Assembly (NCBI GenBank): GCA_040285855.1
Contig: JAUFOQ010000013.1
Location: 1,240,001-1,304,000 of the forward strand
Reading direction: 5' to 3'
Origin: Eukaryota sp. GEM-RC1
Taxonomy: Eukaryota
DNA: 64,000 bases
In this document: positions 55,308 through 64,000 of the stretch, in pieces
How the letters are laid out: every line of letters starts with the position of its first letter
Position numbering within the stretch: the stretch's first letter is position 1
Notes under the pieces: generated by a model
The model's database searches: none
What the model was told of the DNA's origin: nothing
The model's input: only the letters and a program-made list of their open reading frames with translations
Made by a program: the position numbers and the translations under genes

Positions 55308-57761
55308 ATGTCCATTATCAACACACTTACAGACGAACAGGCTCAAGTGTTCCAAGCTATTACTCATGCAAGACCTTCTAAGCGTCGAAATTTCTTCATT
55401 ACTGGTGGTGCCGGATCGGGCAAGTCTTACCTACTGTACTGTCTTAAACAGTGGTGGTCTAATGCGGGTTCCAAGCTAATGAGACCCAATAGCCATGTCT
55501 TTTTTACTGCTACTACTGGTGTTGCTTCCACTGTCTTTGGTGGTCAAACCCTACACTCTCTCTTTGGTTATAATTTTATCCGTAATGAAAAACCAATATC
55601 TGATGTCATTCGCTCTATGCCTTCAAGTGTTAAGTCTGTTTTACGAACTATTAGTGCCCGAAATTCAATGCTTGTTATTGATGAAATTTCAATGTTGACT
55701 GCTGAACTATTCAACAGAGCATCTGATATATTTAAAGATTTACTAAAGTCTCAGTTACCATTTGGTGGACTTCAAGTTGTAATTTTTGGTGATTTTTTGC
55801 AACTTGCACCAATTGTAAAGTCTGACTCAAACACGCGTAGTGTCCTTCAACTTTCAGACTTTACGTTTTCATCACAATCTTGGAAGGACTTGAATTTAAA
55901 TTTTATTGAATTATCTGGAAGTATCCGCCAACAAAATGATGTCAATTTTTATAATTTTTTGAATGAACTACGTCTCGGACTTTTTGATGACTATATGAAA
56001 CATATTTTATTGAAACATAAGTCACTAGCCAAAAATATTGAACATCCAACCAAATTATTTGCTCGAAACAAGGATGTCGCCGACGAAAATTTAAAGCAAT
56101 TTGAATTATTATGTGAACAAGGGAATGAAAATGTTGAATTTCATTCCCTCGATAAGTTCAATGAAACCTTAATTAAATCAGAAATTGGTAAAAGTTGGGC
56201 ATTTGGTAAGCCTAATGAGGAACAAATGGAAAAGGCTTTTGATTTAAATTTAAAAAAATTATCAAGTAGGCTAAACGATTTTGCCGAACAAAAATTTCAC
56301 TGTGTCGTTGGGGGTTTGGTAATGTTTACTCAAAACAAACCAGATCTGGGCCTAGTAAATGGGTCAAAAGGCAAAATTATTGATTTCTCTGAAAGTTCAC
56401 ATTTCATTAATGTAAGATTCGGGAGGGACGAAGAACCAATCAAAATTATTCCGACTAAATTTGAAATTGAGGTGTTGAATGAGAAGAAAAAGCCTGTAAT
56501 TATAGCATCCCGATTGCAATATCCTCTTCGTCCTTGTTGGGCAATAACAGTCCATAGATCTCAGGGTCTAACAATTGAAGGAATTGAAGTTTCCTTAAAT
56601 TTTTGGGAGTATGCCCAATTGTACGTTACATTGAGTCGAGTGAAGAACTGGAACTCAATTAAAATTTTAGATATTTCTTCAAGATTTCCCAAACCAAGAA
56701 TTGATCTTTATCAGTGGTATTATTCCACTTTTCACCCCTGTCGACCAGTTACTAAACCTCTTTATCCTTTGCCATTAGAAGATGAAAAAATTGTTAGAAA
56801 TTGGCCTTCTGTGTTGAAAACTTTTGATGACTTTTCGTCAAATATTATTTCTATTGTTGGTGAAAGTATAGAAACTGTTGATGTTCTTGATCCAGTCAGT
56901 GAAGAAGTTAAGGAAGATTTGGTGGAAAAAGATGTTCCAAAAATTGAAAATTTGAATACCACTTCTAATTCAGTTTTAGAATTATTCGATAATGAAGTTG
57001 TTGTCTCTGGAAGTGATAGTGGAGATGATGAAACTGATGATGATAACGATGCGTCGTCTAGTATGAATGATTTTGTTGTGAATGATGATGAAGATGAGTG
57101 TCTCAATGGTCAAAGTGTAAGTGCCATCAATTCTGATTTAATTTTTAACAAACCTGTGCCAAAACTGAAAAAAACAACAGTCACTACTTTGCCTAAATTG
57201 AGACCAAATCTATTGTCTCGAAATACTCTCAAACCAAATTCGAATTTACCTAGTTTGAAATTATCAAAAAATAGTGCACAACATGAGGTCACTGAATCTG
57301 TCAACAGAATAACAAATTCTCTTGGTCTTCAGACAGATTTTGAAAACAACTTGAACAATACTCATAGTATTGCAATGCAGACAGAAACAAAGGTTCTCAC
57401 AATTGTCCACAATATTGTACCACTGCACTGGAACCAAAATGATACAACATCAGATTGTCTTCCAAATATGAAATTGAAACTTCAGTTGTTAAAAGATTTA
57501 AATTTATTGATGGCGGAAATTTTGAGTTTTCATTTGAATGATAGGGACAAGTACTTTAATGTGTTGTCGTTGACCAATACTTTTGTTATGTCGATATTAG
57601 ATTTAAATGATGAAGTGATGTGTGATGAACAGTGTTTAGGAATATTGGATGAATTTCGTGAAGTGATGTGTGAGTATTGTTGTGGGATTGGATATAAGGA
57701 GTCGTTTTCGTTGGCTGTGATGTTTGCGAGGGTGATGGGGGGATATAGTAGTGTTAGTTAA
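55308..57761 (+). CDS. PIF1-family DNA helicase with long acidic C-tail
   Basis: TGGAGSGKS, TATTGVAS, TLHS, VIDEISML, PFGGLQVVIFGDFLQLAPI, LVNGSKG, QYPLRPCWAITVHRSQGLTI, QLYVTLSRV. Confidence 0.92.
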   Translation: MSIINTLTDEQAQVFQAITHARPSKRRNFFITGGAGSGKSYLLYCLKQWWSNAGSKLMRPNSHVFFTATTGVASTVFGGQTLHSLFGYNFIRNEKPISDVIRSMPSSVKSVLRTISARNSMLVIDEISMLTAELFNRASDIFKDLLKSQLPFGGLQVVIFGDFLQLAPIVKSDSNTRSVLQLSDFTFSSQSWKDLNLNFIELSGSIRQQNDVNFYNFLNELRLGLFDDYMKHILLKHKSLAKNIEHPTKLFARNKDVADENLKQFELLCEQGNENVEFHSLDKFNETLIKSEIGKSWAFGKPNEEQMEKAFDLNLKKLSSRLNDFAEQKFHCVVGGLVMFTQNKPDLGLVNGSKGKIIDFSESSHFINVRFGRDEEPIKIIPTKFEIEVLNEKKKPVIIASRLQYPLRPCWAITVHRSQGLTIEGIEVSLNFWEYAQLYVTLSRVKNWNSIKILDISSRFPKPRIDLYQWYYSTFHPCRPVTKPLYPLPLEDEKIVRNWPSVLKTFDDFSSNIISIVGESIETVDVLDPVSEEVKEDLVEKDVPKIENLNTTSNSVLELFDNEVVVSGSDSGDDETDDDNDASSSMNDFVVNDDEDECLNGQSVSAINSDLIFNKPVPKLKKTTVTTLPKLRPNLLSRNTLKPNSNLPSLKLSKNSAQHEVTESVNRITNSLGLQTDFENNLNNTHSIAMQTETKVLTIVHNIVPLHWNQNDTTSDCLPNMKLKLQLLKDLNLLMAEILSFHLNDRDKYFNVLSLTNTFVMSILDLNDEVMCDEQCLGILDEFREVMCEYCCGIGYKESFSLAVMFARVMGGYSSVS

Positions 57762-57880
57762 GTTTGATAAACTGAGGTTGTATATTTTATTGGTTGTGTT
57801 TAACGACATTATATATAGAAGAAAAAATTATGAGCAACAACAATTCAATACACATAGGACACGTTGATTGAGATTGATTC

Positions 57881-58287
57881 TCACCAAATGTTGTAGTTAC
57901 AAATGTTGTAGTTACAAATATTGTATCACCAAATGTTGTATCACCAAATGTTGTCATTACAAATGTTGCATCACCAAATGTTGTCATTACAAATGTTGTC
58001 ATTACATATGTTGTAGTTACAAATGTTGTAGTTACAAATGTTGTATCACCAAATGTTGTCATTACAAATGTTGTAGTTACAAATGTTGTAGTTACAAATG
58101 TTGTATCACCAAATGTTGTATCACCAAATGTTGTAGTTACAAATGTTGTCATTACAAATGTTGTAGTTACAAATGTTGTATCACCAAATGTTGTAGTTAC
58201 AAATGTTGTATCACCAAATGTTGTAGTTACAAATGTTGTATCACCAAATGTTGTAGTTACAAATGTTGTCATTACAAATGTTGTCAT
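57881..58287. repeat. 15-bp minisatellite (~27 units, three variants)
   Basis: caaatgttgt followed by agtta, atcac or catta. Confidence 0.97.
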
Positions 58288-58803
58288 ATAGGACTTTTTA
58301 ACAAATTGGCAGATCCTGCTCCGACAGTATTATCGCTTCAGTTGTTGAGCGGATTCTCTCTAGTGTTCTTTGTTTGATAAAATTTATTGTTCCAAAGGCA
58401 CTGGAATTTATAACAGAACTAACAATCAATGTGAAACTCAATGTTAAGCATGTACATTCACACTATAAACAGTTTTCATTGGATTGTGATTCAGAATATG
58501 AGAAGGACTTCATGTAGTTAGTTAGGTTTGATTGCCACATATTTGTTATTGCACAGAACCTAGACAGCGTAAAACGGTTGTAGTGTGCGCCCATTTAGTG
58601 ACGCTATAGACATACTAGTAGTCTACTCAATGAAATTTACCTGAACATAATTCGTATTAATCTTAACGCAGATACACGTAATTCGGACTGATATTGATTT
58701 ATCACCGAAATAACAGAATGTGAGATTTATTTACAATGTTCCCAACATCTTCATAAATGAGTTATCACGTGATAAACAAGAAAAGTTAAGAACTAAAAGA
58801 AAG

Positions 58804-59100
58804 TCAAAGCGCAACGAGGATTCTCAATTGATACTGAAGCCAGGACGAGGTTGTGTAGCAGGAGTCACTACCGAGCGCTTTTTTTCGAAGAATGGCAAGA
58901 CCAGAGAAAAGACCCATGACAAAATGAAGAGATGCTGAAACAAGGACAGGCTTAGCATATTCAGGATCATCTAAACCCTCACCTAGAGGCCAACTGTTAT
59001 GGAGACCAAATCCCAGCAATCCGAGGAACATGAAGCCAAACATTCCGTAAATGAACAGAATCCAAATGAAAGTACTAGGTGTGGAGCTTTTGGAAGACAT
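58804..59100 (-). CDS. Small two-TM protein, RNASEK/V-ATPase subunit f-like
   Basis: ILFIYGMFGFMFLGLLGFGL..VLVSASLHFVMGLFSG; topology and pattern resemblance only. Confidence 0.35.
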   Translation of the reverse strand: MSSKSSTPSTFIWILFIYGMFGFMFLGLLGFGLHNSWPLGEGLDDPEYAKPVLVSASLHFVMGLFSGLAILRKKALGSDSCYTTSSWLQYQLRILVAL

Positions 59101-59264
59101 TTTGGATGGTGGTGGTTGTTTTGATGGAAGCAAGAAGTGTTAAATTGGTCAGGAAAAAACAATTAACTAAGAGACTACTACTACAGCAGTACATCACTAT
59201 TCACAACAATGAGTCTGAATCAGACTTATTTTGAATTTCCAGTGAAACGGCACTGAACAATAAT

Positions 59265-59901
59265 CAGGGATGTGGAAAAATATATTGCAGTGCAATCATT
59301 ACTTTCAGAAAATCAATTTACTGATCAAAAACAGGGGATCTCCATACTCCGTGCTTAAATCGAGTCGATCATTGATGGATTTTACTACAGTAGATGTTTG
59401 TAACAAATCTTGTGTTAGTAGGATATTAGATTCTTCTTTTAATCCGTTAACAGCAGCTTAAAAGCTCAAACACCCTAAAAATGACTCTCAAGTTAAAGAA
59501 TTAAATCGAAACTCATATTCCAAATTTGTTTCAACCTTTTGCTGTTTCTCTTTTTGGATCTATTAGTCCTGCTGGTGATCAATTTTTCAAGGATTTCGAA
59601 GAACTGTGTAAAGAAAAGAAGCGTAAGTTTAGAATGGCTGAATGGAAAAACCGTATAATGTTTTCCATATATCGGAATATGCCTTTCTATTTCCCTCGAT
59701 TAATGAGATATTGTTCAAGTTTGGTGTGAAGGTTAATGTTGAAAAACGTAATCTTTTATCGGGTGGCGATGAAGTCGAGTATTATCTCTGTAGAGTGTTG
59801 CAAATATTGCAATATATTTAATGCAACGTGACAATATCAATATATTTATTGCAAAATTTAAAACGTACAATATATTGCATTATATTTTTTCCGCATCCCT
59901 G
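59265..59901. mobile_element. hAT-like MITE, 637 bp, containing a retroelement fragment
   Basis: Imperfect TIRs CAGGGATG(T/C)GGAAAAA..ATAT; perfect 8-bp TSD ACAATAAT at 59257-59264 and 59902-59909. Confidence 0.9.
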
Positions 59902-60159
59902 ACAATAATTACTCTGATTCATACTAATTAATGTCTGGGAAAATTGGACTAATTGTTGTGAAGAGTGTAGTACAATTCATTGTTTTGTAGTACATTGTAG
60001 TCATTGTTTGCAACAATTCTTGTACTCGTAAAATATTAGTTTCTTCGTCAAATTTCTTAACTGCTGCACTTCACTGATTTCACTCTCAAATGGTGGACTT
60101 GGTAAAGATGTTCTTTGTATTCTCTCTCATTTTGACAAAGTTGTCAAAAAGGATGAACA

Positions 60160-60360
60160 AGAAATTGGATTTTAAGTTTTGTTTATCGTATTGTCTTAAC
60201 AATATTTAAAACAATTCCTATTATGATTTGAATAGCTCTACTAGTATTAGCTTTCAGTATTTTTTATGAAGAAAAAGCTGATGTGAGTTTTAATTGCAAT
60301 GATTATTGCTGTAATGATATTGAGTTCTAGATTTTGTATTTATCTTACTGTTTTTTGGTC
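60160..60360 (+). mobile_element. Retroelement 3' end relic
   Basis: Matches ~2730-2930 (acaatatttaaaacaattccta...gaagaaaaagctgatgtgagttttaat...gatattgagttctag). Confidence 0.75.
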
Positions 60361-61061
60361 TATCAACATTATAAGCGAAAAACGGGGGAATTGAACAAAA
60401 TTTCTATTTTTTAACAAATTCCAAATTTGTGTGTTCAACCTTTAGCTGATTCTCTCTTTTGTTCGACTCGTTCCTCTCCTGGTGGTGCAACACTTTTCTG
60501 TCTTGAGAAACTAATGCAAATTACAAGCACAAAATATACAGTAGTAGAGTACTGATCTTCCATTTTTGAAACAATCGGATTGAGAAGAGTTCATAGATGA
60601 GAAGGACAAAACAAATATCACAATTATATCTATGAAGCACTAGACAGACAGAATTCCTGATCAACAGAACCACAGTTCTCATCCAACTTGGTAATAATTG
60701 ATTTGATATACTAGTATTTGGGCATCGCTCAGAACAGAGAACAAATCAATCGGTTTTGGCAAATTGACAAGCAAAACCTTCAAGAATTATCTATTAGTAT
60801 TCTTCTGGGTTTTTGTATTGGACATTAGTTAAAGATGTAACGGAAGTCCATAATTAAAGTGTTTGATTTCAGTAAAGCTAACACCTTCACTGTAAAATCC
60901 TACCATAACAGAAACTCACACTGATAGTAAAAACTTTGGACACAATTTTAATTCCCGTTAAACTAGTTCTTATTATATGTAATGTATTAACATTTCAAAA
61001 AGACGCAAACTTACCCAAACAAAATTTCAAAAACCGAGTCATTTCAATTTATTCATGTACA

Positions 61062-62333
61062 TCACTGAGTAAACTCAAATTCTCTATCAGCACGTGTCAC
61101 AACAGTCTTATAAGCCTCTTCAAAATCTTCTCTCTTGACCACATACCTATTAGCCCGTACCTACAGTTAGTTGATCAAACAACTCTCAACATACCGCCAA
61201 CATCCCAGCTTCTTGCGTGATAGCACGAATATCAGCTCCTGAAAGCTTATCTGGTCTAGAAATATAATGCTCAAGATCAACCTCATCTGAAAGATTCATA
61301 TTAGCTGTGCATACCTGGAACACAAGTCTCTTTTGCCTGCGATCAGGTTCTGGAAACTCAATCTTTCTGTCTAATCTTCCCGGTCTTAGGAGTGCTGGAT
61401 CTAGAGTATCTGGCCTATTTGTAGCCATCATGACCTTGACATTGGTGTCTTGTTCAAATCCATCCATTTGGGTCAAAAGTTCTATCAGAATTCGCTGGAC
61501 TTCTCGATCAGCCCCAGTTTGTGCATCAAAACGTTTCTGAGCAATAGCGTCAATCTCATCAATAAAGATAATAGCCGGTTGATTCTGCCTAGCTAACTTG
61601 AACACATCACGCACCATTCTTGGTCCTTCTCCCAGATACTTTTGAACAAACTCTGAACCAACCATTCTAATGAAGGAAGCTTTGGTATGATGAGCAACAG
61701 CCTGGGCTAACATTGTCTGGGGTAAGAGGGTGTGTATCACAGACAAACCTTTCCGCACCCGGGGGGTCCAAACAAAAGAACGCCACGTGGAGGGTCAATA
61801 CCAACTTGTTTGTAGAGCTCAGAGTGAGTGAGTGGCAGTTCAACTGCTTCTCGAAGTTCTTGTTTCTGGACATCTAGGCCACCAACATCAGCGTATCTGA
61901 CATCAGGTTTCTCTGTTAGAGTGGTCACTGAGATATCTCCCTCCATTGGTAGAATGTCTACTAATGCGTTGGAAGCACGATGTTGGGCTACTGATCCAGT
62001 GGGTTGCAGTTGAGATCGATCGATGGTAGAGAGGATACGGACATAGTTGGAAGGTCCTTGTCCACCACCAACGATAGCGTGGTGAGTATCAACTAGTTCT
62101 TGGAACTGGCCAATGATGAGAGGAGTTGATTTGATTCGATCTACTTCTTGTTGAGCACGGATGAGTTCTCTACGTAGATTTCGTTCATCTTCTATTATGT
62201 AGGCTTCTTGAATACGGAGAAGTTCAAGTTCATGTTCAAGTTCTTTGATTTTGAGATAAGGATTGGTTTTTGAAGTAGAGCTAGTATGAGCAGGTTGTTC
62301 GAAAGTAGAAGGAGAGATTCCAAGTTCTTGCAT
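61062..62333 (-). CDS. RPT3: 26S proteasome AAA-ATPase subunit 6B; introns 61717-61748, 61161-61194
   Basis: [64 protein letters not shown]. Confidence 0.95.
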
Positions 62334-62418
62334 TGGGGATGGAAGTTTAGAAATCTTCTTCAGTCACTCACGAGGACGACTTTCTCTATTATTCGGGTTT
62401 TGTTCCACGGTTGCTGTG

Positions 62419-63471
62419 ATGCCTGTTACATTACAGTTGAAATCTCTTAACGATCTGGCTCGTTTAGCTGCAAGTTACAAACCTTCTCCACAACCTGAAT
62501 CAAATCTTTCCAAGTCAGTTATACCCAGAGTTCTTGCAAGCACATCTCCAACACGAACTACATCAGTTTCCCCCTCAAGAAGAAGACCCAAAATACGGCC
62601 ACGAATTCCTCCTCCCTTATACGATCATACAGACCTCTCTGGAAAGTCAGTTACTCCTTCTCCCCCATCTAGTCCTTCTCAATCCCCTTTTGAATCTCAA
62701 CTCTCTGCCAAGAGAGGAAGAACCATCTCCATTGACACACGTTTACCTATCCCTTCAAATCCTCCTTCAAATTCGATGCCAGCTTCTCTAACCCCTGCTG
62801 TTCGATCCATATCAACTTGTTCTGCATTCTCAGCGGTATCTAGTTTAAACAACACCAGCTGTATTTCAGCTGATCGTGAAGCGAAAGAAACTCAAGCGAA
62901 TCTCATTCCAGAAACCAAGATCGAATTCCTCTATGAAATACTATCCCCATCTTCTAAACATCTTCTCACAGCCACTCAACGTGCCCTCTCTCAAATCCCA
63001 GCTTCCCCTGATGAGCAAAACCTTGATCTTTGCTCTCGTCTCTGGGCTGAGCTGTCTACCTCTAATCTTGGAGTCTCTTCTAATTCTCTACTGACTCTGA
63101 GGAAGCATCCAGATAGAATAACTGCGGAGACTCAGACAGAATACGAAGAGCTTTGTGTTGGATGTAAGGAGTTTAATCAGATATTAAAGGAGAAGGAAAG
63201 TCAGTACGCTGAGATCCTGGAAGACTATCTTTCTATTAAACAGCAACTACACGATCTACAAGGAAAAGATCATCGGTATAAACGTTTCCTGACTCTCTTT
63301 GACTCGCCTGTTTCTCATGAAGGTCTTGGTGTAGAAACTTACAAGTCTCCTAAAGAACCGTACCCAAGGAAACCTCAACTTTTGGATGAACGGAGACCTA
63401 AACCTTCATTGACTTTGGAAGCGTTAGAGCAACTTGAAGAAGAATTTGTATCGGGATTGTTCGACTCGTAG
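62419..63471 (+). CDS. Hypothetical S/P-rich, coiled-coil protein
   Basis: ~350-aa intact ORF. Confidence 0.55.
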   Translation: MPVTLQLKSLNDLARLAASYKPSPQPESNLSKSVIPRVLASTSPTRTTSVSPSRRRPKIRPRIPPPLYDHTDLSGKSVTPSPPSSPSQSPFESQLSAKRGRTISIDTRLPIPSNPPSNSMPASLTPAVRSISTCSAFSAVSSLNNTSCISADREAKETQANLIPETKIEFLYEILSPSSKHLLTATQRALSQIPASPDEQNLDLCSRLWAELSTSNLGVSSNSLLTLRKHPDRITAETQTEYEELCVGCKEFNQILKEKESQYAEILEDYLSIKQQLHDLQGKDHRYKRFLTLFDSPVSHEGLGVETYKSPKEPYPRKPQLLDERRPKPSLTLEALEQLEEEFVSGLFDS

Positions 63472-63590
63472 TGATTGTGATGACGTGATGGTGATTATTT
63501 TTTTTGTATTGTGGTCGTTGTGTATATTTTGTATTTTATAATAATACTGCTTGAAAAAACGTATTCAGAATTAAAGTTTTCCAAAATGTA

Positions 63591-64000
63591 TCAAGATGTT
63601 CTACTTATCACAAAAACAATAATCAATATAATAAATCTAAACAAACATCGAAAAGGAGAGCAAAAATGTAATGGTTTTAAAGCATTTGGTGGAGTCGGCA
63701 CTGACTTAAACTGAGTAAAGGAGAGAGTTCCCTCAGAACTGTAGAACCCGATTGCGCCTAAATTGCCCATGTTTCCAACATAATTAGGTGCACTAAAGAT
63801 AGTAGCAAGTTGGTTCTCATGGCATAAGTCGTATCCTTCATGTCTAACCTCATGTCCTCTCAGTATGACTTGTAGTCCATTGGATTGTAAGAACCTTGCA
63901 GTAATATCAGGTCCAAAGCTTTCCCCAGAGCCTCTCTTTGAAGGAGTAGCTCCGAAAGCATCACTGGGATCAGACCAAAGTAAAGCGGCCATTAGATCAC
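63591..64000 (-). CDS. Ser/Thr protein phosphatase, PP5-like, C-terminal part (runs off the window)
   Basis: LLWSDP, SKRG..FGPDIT, ILRGHEV..EGY, TIFSAPNY..MGN.GA. Confidence 0.85.
   Translation of the reverse strand, partial: DLMAALLWSDPSDAFGATPSKRGSGESFGPDITARFLQSNGLQVILRGHEVRHEGYDLCHENQLATIFSAPNYVGNMGNLGAIGFYSSEGTLSFTQFKSVPTPPNALKPLHFCSPFRCLFRFIILIIVFVISRTS

Noticed and set aside
57881..58287. CRISPR-like array or Cys/Thr-rich ORFs in the 15-bp repeat
   Set aside because: No unique spacers, only three alternating 5-mers; the ORFs are by-products of a stop-free repeat.

Overview
This is an AT-rich, gene-dense eukaryotic window, probably from an anaerobic flagellated protist (inference from 29-34 nt GT..AG introns, a dynein assembly factor and bacterial-type alanine dehydrogenase and ornithine/alanine racemase). 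Many genes, including conserved housekeeping ones, are split by 1-nt indels in homopolymers, which most likely reflects long-read consensus errors. Host genes include ald, an F-box protein, legumain, a racemase, PKA-C, TRM11, glyoxalase II, DNAAF5, a double-domain adenosine deaminase, RPT3 and PP5, plus three tRNAs. They are interspersed with non-LTR retrotransposon relics, a pogo-like MITE and a hAT-like MITE. The main discovery is a family of apparently intronless minus-strand polyprotein genes. Each begins with a tandemly duplicated, structured 5' leader and a 2A/StopGo peptide (DxExNPG|P), followed by a different cargo: (A) a UPF1-like SF1 helicase, (B) Ulp1-Ulp1-PolB-type exonuclease, (C) Ulp1-exonuclease-like-Fanzor1 RNA-guided nuclease with an intact RuvC triad, (D) a DEAH helicase. 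C and D lie in a ~15 kb island (35.1-50.6 kb) with a further Ulp1 protease and a USP protease. Their leaders share a ~25-nt core (apical loop AU[U/A]GCAC) on long hairpins whose arms differ in sequence but stay paired. The island is followed by a patchwork of short copies of its own genes. Separately, a tRNA-Trp(CCA) has a 4-bp anticodon stem, and a nearby legumain gene has an in-frame UGA.
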